A DNA stretch of 23,857 bases from Candidatus Marsarchaeota archaeon (GCA_023485505.1 JAMCZN010000041.1:1-23857); one strand, 5' to 3'; positions 16,481 to 23,857 are shown, numbered from the stretch's first letter. Numbers and translations: made by a program. The notes: generated by a model not told the origin, from the letters alone.

Positions 16481-16568
16481 TGGGGCCGCCGAGATTTTCA
16501 GCCGAAGCATTTGAACTCGGGTCGCTACCACCCCAAGGTAGAAGCCTACCAAGCTAGCAGACGGCCCC
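16481..16568 (-). tRNA. tRNA-Pro(GGG) interrupted by a 15-nt intron in the T-loop (non-canonical position 59/60).
   Basis: Folded by hand. The acceptor is GGGGCCG/CGGCCCC with discriminator A. The anticodon arm is CTACC-TTGGGGT-GGTAG with anticodon GGG. The T-stem is CCGAG/CTCGG and the T-loop is TTCAAAT. The T-loop is split by GCTTCGGCTGAAAAT, which lies at plus-strand positions 16494-16508. The pre-tRNA forms a perfect bulge-helix-bulge. Exon TTCA pairs with intron TGAA as the central 4-bp helix. Two AAT bulges carry the splice sites. The intron tip is GC-UUCG-GC. Removal gives a 73-nt mature tRNA. The D-stem is weak, with only three pairs plus a U10-U25 mismatch. Confidence 0.75.
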
Positions 16569-16599
16569 CAGCTAATCTCTTACGTACCATCCTTTTAAA

Positions 16600-16800
16600 T
16601 CATTTCTTGTTTATCGTTATAAATTCATCTATAAGCTCGACATTGCTTATGAACATCCTCCTGCAGCAATAGCGCTTTACGCCAAGGTCGTCGAGCACCT
16701 TTGCCGGATCTTCCTTTTCCTTTACCGTGCGCTTTTCGTATTCTTCCCATTTATCGGCAAGAACCGCGCCGCATGTAAAGCACCTTACAGGCATCATCAT
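16600..16800 (-). CDS. rpoN: DNA-directed RNA polymerase subunit N (Rpb10 homolog).
   Basis: [13 protein letters not shown]...RYCCRRM carries the zinc-binding CxxC...CC motif. Length is 66 aa. Confidence 0.9.
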   Translation of the reverse strand: MMMPVRCFTCGAVLADKWEEYEKRTVKEKEDPAKVLDDLGVKRYCCRRMFISNVELIDEFITINKK

Positions 16801-16829
16801 TTAAATCACCATAATCGTTTGAAAATACA

Positions 16830-17339
16830 TCATCTATAAGAGGTCTGGAACCTTGCCCTCGCCTTTGGACCCTTGAACTTCTTCGGCTCTACCCTTCTCG
16901 GATCGTCCACCAGGAACGACCTGTCATAATTGAGGAATTCCCTCTTCAATGACTCGGTGCCTACGAACTCTACGAGGCCTTTTGCTATTGCGCCCCTTAC
17001 GGCCTGTGCCTGTGCGCTGACGCCTCCGCCGCTCACATTTACGAGTATGTCAAGCTTCCTTGCCGCGTCCCTTGCGGAATCAGATACCCTTAAAGGTTCT
17101 ATCATTAAGTCCCTTGCAGCGTTTGGCTTTATCACTTCTACGGATATGCCATTGACGCTTATCCTTCCCTTTCCCGCTTTGATATATGCCCTCGCTATCG
17201 CCTCCTTCCTTTTGGCTCTGGTAACTATGCTCTCCTTCTTTGACGACCTTTTCCTTGGCGCTGCCTTTTTCTTCTTCTGCGCCTGCTGCTCGGCAACGGA
17301 TTGTTGCTGTTCCTGCACGACTTCCAATTGTTCTGCCAC
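16830..17339 (-). CDS. rps9: 30S ribosomal protein S9 (uS9) with a Gln/Lys-rich N-terminal extension.
   Basis: The core is GKRKEAIARAYIKAGKGRISVNG...GGGVSAQAQAVRGAIAKGL, with a C-terminal ...SYR. It carries a roughly 35-aa low-complexity N-terminal extension. Confidence 0.9.
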   Translation of the reverse strand: MAEQLEVVQEQQQSVAEQQAQKKKKAAPRKRSSKKESIVTRAKRKEAIARAYIKAGKGRISVNGISVEVIKPNAARDLMIEPLRVSDSARDAARKLDILVNVSGGGVSAQAQAVRGAIAKGLVEFVGTESLKREFLNYDRSFLVDDPRRVEPKKFKGPKARARFQTSYR

Positions 17340-17343
17340 TATA

Positions 17344-17805
17344 TCACTTGCTTTCGTAACCGAGCGCTTTTGACAACTCGGATATTGTCATGTACCTGGA
17401 GTACATCTCCTTCGGGTTCTTTGACTTTATCTCTATTGGCTTCACTCCCTTCAATTGCGAAGGGACGCCATTGAATACCATCAATCTTTTATACGCGTCT
17501 TTTCCTGTGGACTTTCTGTGATATGGAAGCATGCCCCTGACTATCCTCCTTACGAGCATGTCCGACCTTCTTGGCCAGTATGGGGAGTGCTCAGGGTTCT
17601 CCTTTTCCTGCAGGGTGAGCCTTGTGCGGTACTTCGCAGCTATGTCCACCTTGTTGCCGCTGATTATGCACTGCTCTGCGTTTATTATCGCCACCTTCTT
17701 GCCCTGCATGAGGCGCTTTGCCACCTGACTCGCGAGCCTTCCGAGCACCTTGTTCGTGCCGTCGTAAACCTCAAATTCCTTAAGATCCTGTTTCATGAAT
17801 ATCAT
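17344..17805 (-). CDS. rpl13: 50S ribosomal protein L13 (uL13).
   Basis: The VYDGTNKVLGRLASQVAKRLMQGKKVAIINAEQ pattern. Length is 153 aa. It overlaps rpl18e by 4 nt. Confidence 0.9.
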   Translation of the reverse strand: MIFMKQDLKEFEVYDGTNKVLGRLASQVAKRLMQGKKVAIINAEQCIISGNKVDIAAKYRTRLTLQEKENPEHSPYWPRRSDMLVRRIVRGMLPYHRKSTGKDAYKRLMVFNGVPSQLKGVKPIEIKSKNPKEMYSRYMTISELSKALGYESK

Positions 17806-18146
17806 ACTATAAGTTTTATCCTCTGCCTTTTTGCCATATCCTTTATGTCAAGTATCTCACATCCTGAACCTTTCAGCTCCTTTAACGCGGTTGTAGAATA
17901 TTCTAGGGCTGCTATTGATATCTTGTGGTCCATCTTTCCGGTAGACAGCACCTTCCTAGGTATGAGCACGTTGTCGCCCTCCTTCGTATGCCTGTTGAGC
18001 TTTGTTATCGTGACCGCGGCCCTTTGCCTGGCTGGCTTTTGGAGGAGCCGGTTTACCCTCTTGAAGAAGTTTGCGTACCTTTCCCCCTTGGCTGCGCTCT
18101 GCGAAACCGCGAGCCATTCGCTTATCGTGTTTTTTTCTGTTGTCAT
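17802..18146 (-). CDS. rpl18e: 50S ribosomal protein L18e (eL18).
   Basis: The 114-aa product follows the eL18 pattern (KRVNRLLQKPARQRAAVTITKLNRHTKEGDNVLIPRKVL). It holds the conserved position between rpoD and rpl13. Confidence 0.85.
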   Translation of the reverse strand: MTTEKNTISEWLAVSQSAAKGERYANFFKRVNRLLQKPARQRAAVTITKLNRHTKEGDNVLIPRKVLSTGKMDHKISIAALEYSTTALKELKGSGCEILDIKDMAKRQRIKLIV

Positions 18147-18197
18147 GAGACACCTTTTGTCTGTTATCCGAATCTTTTTTCTTGTTTCCTGTTTTTA

Positions 18198-18282
18198 TGC
18201 GGAGGTAGGGATTTGAACCCTAGCAGTCCTACGACACTGAGCCCTCAACCCAGCGCATTTGACCAAGCTCTGCCACCTCCGC
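18198..18282 (-). tRNA. tRNA-Leu(GAG), class II, no intron.
   Basis: The acceptor is GCGGAGG/CCTCCGC with discriminator A. The anticodon arm is CTGGG-TTGAGGG-CTCAG, with one G-U pair. A long variable arm and the T-arm TAGGG-TTCAAAT-CCCTA are present. It lies between rpoD and rpl18e. Confidence 0.85.
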
Positions 18283-18295
18283 TTTAAGAGGTAAA

Positions 18296-18877
18296 TTACA
18301 GCTTTTTCGTTTCACTTTGGATCTCTTTAAGTTCCTCTTTTATTACCTCAAAAGCCTTATTAATTATTTCCCTGGCAGGCATCTGGCCAAAAGACTCGAC
18401 AATAAACTCGTACGAATCCTTTTCTTTTGGGTCTTGATTGTAAGATATCAGGGCTGGCTGGAACTTTGCATGCGTCTTTGCATTGCCCATAACTGCCTTG
18501 CCCTCCAGGCGCAGGTGCTGTTCGGCTGCAAGCTTGATTATAGGTATCCTTTCGTTTGCCGCTTTTATTTCGCGTTCCTTGCTTTCCAGTTCACCAGAAT
18601 ATACTGTCTTTGGGCCCGTTACGTCCAGGGTGAACAATATGACATCGTCATCCTTGAAGCCTTTTGGGGGCGTGGTTATCGGTATTAGTCCTATTCTGTG
18701 CGCTATGTATTCGTCGAATATGGCACTTGTGTTCTCGTATACTGTTATCTTGTCTATGGCGAACGTCTTTACGAACACCATCGCAGCCCTCCTGAGGGCG
18801 TTTGCATACGCGGGGCTGACCCCTTTCAGATTAAACCTGAAAATCTTGCCATTGTCCTCTATAACTTCTAATTTCAT
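18296..18877 (-). CDS. rpoD: DNA-directed RNA polymerase subunit D (Rpb3 homolog).
   Basis: The N-terminal pattern is ...NGKIFRFNLKGVSPAYANALRRAAM...IAHRIGLIP. Length is 193 aa. It heads the conserved rpoD-L18e-L13-S9-rpoN cluster. Confidence 0.8.
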   Translation of the reverse strand: MKLEVIEDNGKIFRFNLKGVSPAYANALRRAAMVFVKTFAIDKITVYENTSAIFDEYIAHRIGLIPITTPPKGFKDDDVILFTLDVTGPKTVYSGELESKEREIKAANERIPIIKLAAEQHLRLEGKAVMGNAKTHAKFQPALISYNQDPKEKDSYEFIVESFGQMPAREIINKAFEVIKEELKEIQSETKKL

Positions 18878-18990
18878 TTATTCACTCTGAAGAGCATTAC
18901 AAATAAAGAAACATTTGCAAGCTTAATAACTTACTGATTAATAAGCTTTAAGCAGTTAAATTTATTATAGGACAATATATAAAAATATAG

Positions 18991-19617
18991 ATGGTATTCT
19001 TGAGTTTCGAGAAGTTTCTTGATCTGGGGCTTGACAACAAGGATTTCAACAAGACCAGGTTTACAATGTGTCATAAGGAACGGCAAAATATATCAAAGGT
19101 AAGGCTGGATTCCGATTCGGGATGCAGGTACACGATTACGGGAGATACCCTCGCATTTTCCCATGAAGAGAGGCTAGGCACAAGATACATAGCCGCATTG
19201 TCGATGAGCTACGACGTGTTCCTTACGATATTTGACATCAACAATTCAATTGGCTTAGTATCCAGGTTCCTGAAGTTCGAAAAGGAACAGCAGACATTGC
19301 TCAAGGACCATATGAAACGCTTTAGGAGGGCGAACCTGGAAGCCAGGGTCATAGGCATGCAGAACGACGAAGGAGTTGATACCATGAACGAGGTAAACTC
19401 GTTCATAAAGGCGTCAAAGCTGCAAGTCAACGAGATAGACCTGTTCGGAAATGAGTTCAGAAATATAGCCATAGACCTTAAGACTGGGTTGACCTTTGAT
19501 GTCCTTGTCGAGAACAGGCAATACAAGCCAGGAGAGCTCATCAACAAGGCAACACAGGAACAAGTCGAGAGAGAATCGATAAGGTCTATTGGTGCGCCCA
19601 TAGTCTTCAAGGGCTGA
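18991..19617 (+). CDS. Hypothetical protein with weak CheD-like/deamidase-fold resemblance in the C-terminal half.
   Basis: The 208-aa product contains ARVIGMQNDEGVDTMNEVNSFIKASKLQVNEIDLFGNEFRNIAIDLKTGLTFDV. This loosely matches the CheD pattern (GGaxM...N...gi.i...dlGG..R.i.fd..tG.v.v). This is a low-confidence call. Confidence 0.4.
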   Translation: MVFLSFEKFLDLGLDNKDFNKTRFTMCHKERQNISKVRLDSDSGCRYTITGDTLAFSHEERLGTRYIAALSMSYDVFLTIFDINNSIGLVSRFLKFEKEQQTLLKDHMKRFRRANLEARVIGMQNDEGVDTMNEVNSFIKASKLQVNEIDLFGNEFRNIAIDLKTGLTFDVLVENRQYKPGELINKATQEQVERESIRSIGAPIVFKG

Positions 19618-19619
19618 TG

Positions 19620-20276
19620 TTAATCGGCGCGCTCTGTCAACTGGATAGTTGCCGTCCTTGCCGCGCCAGACCAGGACATATGGGTCAACGAATACTCTCT
19701 CCTCAACCTTCTTATTTCCCATCGCATGTTTTCGGCTACCTGTGGACTTTTCTCTATTTCAAGCCTTCTTTGCATCGCCCATATGTGGTAGTTCCTCAGC
19801 ATGCTCTCAAGTGCGATTCCCTTCGGATGTGCCCTCAGGATCGGCAACATCCGGGCACATAATATTTTTTCCTTGCTCTCATGGTCGTTAATGTAATCGA
19901 GCCAGTCCCCACCTTTGGCGCGCAACACCATTCTGCCTAATCGCTGCATCTCCATTCTTTGAAGTTCCATTAGTAACTCTGATAATTGCCAGTTTTCCCT
20001 CGCTATGGATATTACCACATTTACTGCCTCATTATCTACGGCATTTCTGAATGCGTTCCCTTTAGGAGTGCTAAACGGAGGCAATCCCGCAGCCAATATC
20101 CGCCTGTATTCATCCTTTGCCTGTTTCCTTAGCTCAGGCAGCGATATTTTAACGTTATGTTGGACACCAGATGTGTCCTCCAGTCCGGTACCGAATAAAT
20201 TGGCATGTGAATTTGCGCCAGATTTTGTCATGTTTTTGTTTGGTTTTTCGAGATATTTAAAAGTATTTATCCGCAA
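19620..20276 (-). CDS. Hypothetical protein.
   Basis: The 218-aa ORF converges tail-to-tail on the previous gene with a 2-nt gap. I recognise no family. Confidence 0.4.
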   Translation of the reverse strand: MRINTFKYLEKPNKNMTKSGANSHANLFGTGLEDTSGVQHNVKISLPELRKQAKDEYRRILAAGLPPFSTPKGNAFRNAVDNEAVNVVISIARENWQLSELLMELQRMEMQRLGRMVLRAKGGDWLDYINDHESKEKILCARMLPILRAHPKGIALESMLRNYHIWAMQRRLEIEKSPQVAENMRWEIRRLRREYSLTHMSWSGAARTATIQLTERAD

Positions 20277-20304
20277 AAATTCCGCAATTTCCAGTCAGAG
20301 GAAG

Positions 20305-20316
20305 GTATATATATTA
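20305..20316 (+). promoter_or_regulatory. TATA box of the TFE gene.
   Basis: GTATATATATTA lies about 43 nt upstream of the ATG at 20359. The track's 20335 start is a TTG located only about 20 nt after the TATA and is unlikely to be used. Confidence 0.45.
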
Positions 20317-20358
20317 GTTCAATCATAATTTTATTTGAGAATAACAGACGGGTTTCAT

Positions 20359-21168
20359 ATGCCAAAACAAACCACCACCAAGCATAGGCACTCTAACACA
20401 AAAACGCCGGCCAAAAAGGCAACAAAGACAAGGAGTTTTAATGGTTCTAAGGCAGCCAATGCAAGGCACACAAGCGGATCAAAGCCAACAAGGCCTTCAA
20501 GGCCGACAAGCGCTTCAAGAATGCAGGTGAGGAGTAGCATACTCCCAAAGGGCACTGCCAAATCAATAACAGGCAAGGTGGCTGCCGCTGGCAAAGAAAC
20601 AGACAATCATGTTGAATCAAAGTCAAAGAAGGCGATGGCATACAAATACACACCGGAAGAGGTGACGATGGCCATAGGTCAGCTGTCACAAAACAACGAT
20701 GCCGCCGATTACCTGAAGAAGAACGTAAGCAAAAGGGCCCTTGATGTCATAAACATGCTTAACACGCCGAAGACGGACGAGGCGCTTGCAGAAGAGCTCG
20801 ATCTTAAGATAAACGCAGTAAGGAGGATACTCAACATTATGCAGGGATACGGGATAACCAACTACTACATAGCAAAGAACGTCAACGGTTGGCTCTCTTT
20901 CGCATGGTACCTTAATGTCGACAAGTTCAGCCCTTTCTTCGAATATGTCAACAACCTTGAAACAAGCAAACCATTGGTAAACGACCAGTGCAATGATTAT
21001 TTTGTATGCTCCAAATGTTACGACCAGACAAAGCTCGTCTTTACTTTTGATGCCGCTTTTGAAGGAGATTTCAGATGCACATCCTGTGGCGCAAAGCTCG
21101 ATATGATTGACAGGAATGCAGCCACAAAGCTGACAACAACCCAGGAAGTAAGCAACCCCACAGTTTAA
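20359..21168 (+). CDS. tfe: Transcription factor E (TFIIE-alpha homolog) carrying a roughly 95-aa basic low-complexity N-terminal extension.
   Basis: The winged-helix region is DYLKKNVSKRALDVINMLNTPKTDEALAEELDLKINAVRRILNIMQGYGI. The C-terminal zinc ribbon is CSKCYDQT...CTSCGAKL. The segment preceding the conserved domain is K/T/S/R/P-rich (PKQTTTKHRHSNTKTPAKKATKTRS...). Confidence 0.75.
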   Translation: MPKQTTTKHRHSNTKTPAKKATKTRSFNGSKAANARHTSGSKPTRPSRPTSASRMQVRSSILPKGTAKSITGKVAAAGKETDNHVESKSKKAMAYKYTPEEVTMAIGQLSQNNDAADYLKKNVSKRALDVINMLNTPKTDEALAEELDLKINAVRRILNIMQGYGITNYYIAKNVNGWLSFAWYLNVDKFSPFFEYVNNLETSKPLVNDQCNDYFVCSKCYDQTKLVFTFDAAFEGDFRCTSCGAKLDMIDRNAATKLTTTQEVSNPTV

Positions 21169-21256
21169 GTGTGGTGTTGTTCCTGAAATTCCAAATGGCT
21201 TTATACCTTATTGTATCATAAGTAGTGAACATACTGGACTTATTCTGCTGATATGT

Positions 21257-21331
21257 AGCGGGGTGGGGTAGTCTGGAGTGCCCGTCGGGCTCATAACCCG
21301 AAGATCGGTGGTTCAAATCCACTCCCCGCTA
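21257..21331 (+). tRNA. Initiator tRNA-Met (CAU).
   Basis: It has the A1:U72 pair (AGCGGGG...CCCCGCT-A). The anticodon stem is TCGGG/CCCGA with three consecutive G:C pairs next to the loop CTCATAA. The T-arm is GGTGG-TTCAAAT-CCACT. The archaeal initiator hallmarks are the A1:U72 pair and the three G:C pairs. A T-rich tract follows. Confidence 0.85.
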
Positions 21332-22010
21332 TTAATCCTTATTTTGTTTGGAGAAATGATATTTTAGTTTTGTTGTTCTTTCTTTGTTTTACCTTGATTA
21401 GCCCAAACATGATGCTTCTGCTCTACCCCACAATTCCACTAATAAATCCTAAGTTCTTAAAAAATTCCATTATTATATTGGTATTTTGGTTTGATTGAGA
21501 TGTAATATTATAAGAGAAGCCACGAATACCGGAACTTTGGGGTGTATACCCTTGTTTGTCCACTTACAAACATACAGTACTAACAATGCAATATATCACA
21601 AACTCGATAAGCTGAGGGCAGCGCAGTATGCCGCAGGTTCACTAAGCAATCTATTCAACTCACATTTCGGAGCTGGTGCTGTTTTACCGAACGACGCACA
21701 GACTGGACTCCTTACAGTCCACACTATTGGGATTGCTACAAGCAAGAGGCCAGAAACCAGGAATGCTAGGAAATAACCTATTGCAGAATATTGCCGAATT
21801 AGAATACCTATAGTTCCAGCGGCAAACCACAGCGGGGGCCTGCCACGACCTTAGCCGATCTGCAAAATGAAATTGCACAAAACTACTCCGATATCCTTTA
21901 CTTCCACTAAACGTTGGTCTAACTATATTTATAATAGTTGACATATAGATTAATCTCGGAATCTACGCGTAACTACGTTACGGTGTAAGGATCCCTGTTA
22001 TACAGGTGAG

Positions 22011-22514
22011 TTGGTGGAACAAGACACATCTTACGAAATGCTTTGGCAGGTCACGCAAAAAGAAAAGCAATCAAATGAACTGCAGCCGTTGCCAAAGACC
22101 TTCTATGATGACGTATCTTCTTATCTGAAACAGTTCGACAAGAAGGAACTGTCTGACGATGAGGCAAATACCAAGAAAAACACGCTAAAGCTCCTCAATG
22201 AACTCTACGACAGGAGGAAGCAAAAGGTACTTATATATGTAGCGTACAAAAAACAACTACCACAGCCAGCGATATTGAAGGAGCAGGAGTTCTACAACTT
22301 GATCCTCGAAGAAACAAGCAAGAACACCATAAACATAAGCTCAATCCAGAAACAGGATACAAAGGTCCTTAGGACACTGCAGGCTTTGCCTGAGATAATC
22401 CTGCCGTCCGGAAGGAAGCTCGGTCCCGTGGAAAAAGGGCAATTGATAGAAGTAAGCAACAAGGAAGATGATATTAAGTTTTTGATAAATACAACAATAT
22501 GCGAACAAATCTAG
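22011..22514 (+). CDS. Hypothetical alpha-helical protein, possibly a GINS-family (Gins51-like) replication protein.
   Basis: The 167-aa ORF lies directly upstream of rpl44e. The track start is TTG. GTG at 22014 or ATG at 22038 are more likely. A TATA box lies at about 21924-21936. The GINS assignment rests only on size, helical character and gene neighbourhood. Confidence 0.4.
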   Translation: MVEQDTSYEMLWQVTQKEKQSNELQPLPKTFYDDVSSYLKQFDKKELSDDEANTKKNTLKLLNELYDRRKQKVLIYVAYKKQLPQPAILKEQEFYNLILEETSKNTINISSIQKQDTKVLRTLQALPEIILPSGRKLGPVEKGQLIEVSNKEDDIKFLINTTICEQI

Positions 22515-22521
22515 TGATTTT

Positions 22522-22806
22522 ATGAAGATCGTAAGGGAAATGAACACGTACTGTCCAAAATGCAACGAGCACACTTTGCACAGCGTCAAGCTTTATTCAA
22601 AGGGTCCGACCTCCGGTCTGAAGATAGGGAACAGAAGGGCGGTAAGGAAAAGAACCGGTTACTTCGGAAAGGTAAAGGGTCAGGCTGCCGTGAAGAAGGT
22701 GGCAAAAAGGCAGAAGGTAATACTCACATGCAAGACGTGCAAATACTCTGTAGAGCGCGTCATAGGTTCAAGAACCAAGAAGAGGCTTGAGTTCACAGTC
22801 GCGTGA
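22522..22806 (+). CDS. rpl44e: 50S ribosomal protein L44e (eL42).
   Basis: MKIVREMNTYCPKCNEHTLHSVKLYSKG...KRQKVILTCKTCKY carries a C4 zinc ribbon. Length is 94 aa. Confidence 0.9.
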   Translation: MKIVREMNTYCPKCNEHTLHSVKLYSKGPTSGLKIGNRRAVRKRTGYFGKVKGQAAVKKVAKRQKVILTCKTCKYSVERVIGSRTKKRLEFTVA

Positions 22807-22813
22807 TTCCAGA

Positions 22814-23608
22814 ATGGAGGGCAAGAACACACCAAGAGTTGGAGAAATTGTCATAGCAAACATATCCAAGATAATGCCTTTTGGTGCTTATTGTAGGTTG
22901 CCGGAATACAACAACCTTGAAGTATTCCTTCCAATCAAGGAAGTATCCTCTGGATGGATAAAGAACATCCACGAATTCATACACGAAGGCCAGAAGATAG
23001 TGTGCAAGGTCGTTTTCTTCGACAAGGAACGGCAGACAATGGACGTGTCCATAAAGAAGGTCACCCCCCAGGATTCAAAGCAGAAAATAAATGAGTTCAA
23101 TCTTGAGCGAAGGCTTACCGGACTTTTCCTGCAGGCGGTAAGGCAAGCCGCCATGGACCAGAAGAAGGCGGAGCTCCAAAGCATAGCTACCACCGAGTTT
23201 GGCACATACACAAACCTTATGAGGAATGCTACTGACTCGACAAAAGAGTTTGCCGGTTCTAAACTGCCCAAAAAAGTAAAGGACAACATGCTTGTGCTTA
23301 TAGAATCCAGCAAGAAAAAGAAGAGATATGTGGTGTCATACATAATGCGCCTGTCCACGTTCAATACTATTAACGGGGCCACCGAACTTAGGGGCATAAT
23401 ATCCGCAATAAAGCATACTGGCGTGGAGGTCAGTTACGTAAGCGCGCCAAAGTACCACCTTATGGCTGAAGGCGAGGACTATGCAGATGCTGAAGCGAAG
23501 ATAAAACGCGCCGCAGAGGCGGTAAAGGGCAAGCTCAAGAAAGGGAACTTTGAACTTGAGAAGGAAAAGCTCAAGAAGGACAAGGAAGACATAATGGCAA
23601 CGCTGTAA
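22814..23608 (+). CDS. eif2a: Translation initiation factor 2 alpha subunit (aIF2-alpha).
   Basis: The S1 domain is GEIVIANISKIMPFGAYCRLPEYNNLEVFLPIKEVSSGWIKNIHEFIHEGQKIVCKVV, followed by a helical domain and an alpha/beta domain. The track start at 22787 is TTG. An ATG at 22814 gives the normal N-terminus. Confidence 0.85.
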   Translation: MEGKNTPRVGEIVIANISKIMPFGAYCRLPEYNNLEVFLPIKEVSSGWIKNIHEFIHEGQKIVCKVVFFDKERQTMDVSIKKVTPQDSKQKINEFNLERRLTGLFLQAVRQAAMDQKKAELQSIATTEFGTYTNLMRNATDSTKEFAGSKLPKKVKDNMLVLIESSKKKKRYVVSYIMRLSTFNTINGATELRGIISAIKHTGVEVSYVSAPKYHLMAEGEDYADAEAKIKRAAEAVKGKLKKGNFELEKEKLKKDKEDIMATL

Positions 23609-23692
23609 AAATAACTAATTACGTTGCGATTTCCACAGAAGTTTACACAAGGGTTAATAATTGGATGAATGAATAATCATGATGTTGGTGTG

Positions 23693-23857
23693 ATGGAAGA
23701 GTCAAAGATAGTGGTGTATAAGGAGATCAAGCTCAACAAGCCGGTTCTTGTGGTCGGATTGCCCGGAATAGGCAATGTTGGCAAGCTAATAGCCACCCAT
23801 TTGAAGAAGGAATTCAAGGCGGAGAAGATAGCGACGCTTTATTCGCCGCATTTTCCC
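23693..23857 (+). CDS. PAC2-family protein (COG1938, proteasome assembly chaperone-like), N-terminal fragment. The 3' end is beyond the window.
   Basis: MEESKIVVYKEIKLNKPVLVVGLPGIGNVGKLIATHLKKEF...LYSPHFP matches the conserved N-terminus of archaeal PAC2-like proteins. It holds the conserved position downstream of the aIF2-alpha gene. Confidence 0.6.
   Translation, partial: MEESKIVVYKEIKLNKPVLVVGLPGIGNVGKLIATHLKKEFKAEKIATLYSPHFP

Noticed and set aside
16481-16568. Reading the same locus as a plus-strand tRNA. GGGGCCG/CGGCCCC also appears on the plus strand because the acceptor stem is nearly palindromic.
   Set aside because: Only the minus-strand reading yields an anticodon arm, a TTCAAAT T-loop and a coherent bulge-helix-bulge.
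18878-18990. A possible inverted or direct repeat around the two AAGCTT sites and the TTAATAA repeats in the rpoD promoter region.
   Set aside because: The arms are not exact complements. The region is simply very AT-rich, where such near-repeats arise by chance.
21495-21944. Small ORFs of 93 aa (plus strand) and 86 aa (minus strand) downstream of tRNA-iMet.
   Set aside because: They overlap each other on opposite strands, lack promoter or start context, and translate to compositionally odd peptides. They are probably non-coding.
1-23857. A CRISPR array or cas genes.
   Set aside because: There are no regularly spaced direct repeats of 24-40 nt anywhere in the window, and no Cas-like proteins among the ORFs.

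Overview
This window reads as an archaeal chromosomal segment with about 45-48% GC in the core and compact, mostly leaderless-looking genes preceded by TATA boxes. The lineage is probably DPANN/Micrarchaeota-like or Thermoplasmata-like. This is inferred from the multi-unit tRNA-splicing endonuclease and a tRNA intron at a non-canonical position; I cannot verify it without a database search.

Core content:
- The radA, dph5 and endA genes run in tandem on the minus strand.
- A minus-strand ribosomal protein / RNA polymerase operon (rpoD, tRNA-Leu, rpl18e, rpl13, rps9, rpoN, tRNA-Pro, rps2) has tRNAs embedded and lacks the usual rpoK and enolase genes.
- A plus-strand cluster carries a GINS-like gene, rpl44e, the aIF2-alpha gene and a PAC2-family gene, without rps27e or nop10 in the expected gaps.
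- Four tRNAs are present: Ser(UGA) with a canonical 37/38 intron, Pro(GGG) with a 15-nt bulge-helix-bulge intron in the T-loop (59/60), Leu(GAG) and initiator Met.
- Other genes include a transcription factor E with a roughly 100-aa basic N-terminal extension, a tandem-duplicated Lrp/AsnC regulator, a flotillin-like SPFH protein and a UbiA-family prenyltransferase.

The most unusual region is the left ~3.3 kb. It is strongly AT-rich (about 30% GC) relative to the rest. It carries a three-gene minus-strand operon: two uncharacterised proteins of exactly 359 aa each, translationally coupled, followed by a gene that runs off the window edge and is missing from the ORF track. That third gene encodes a PD-(D/E)xK nuclease N-terminal domain and a helical spacer typical of type IIG/ISP restriction-modification enzymes. 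I read this as a horizontally acquired defence island with two novel components.

The island abuts a ~300-nt GC-rich (>60% GC) highly structured RNA locus at 3345-3650 that I could not assign to SRP RNA, RNase P RNA or any other class from motifs. A second, smaller GC-rich structured element with its own TATA box and T-tract lies at 15545-15657.
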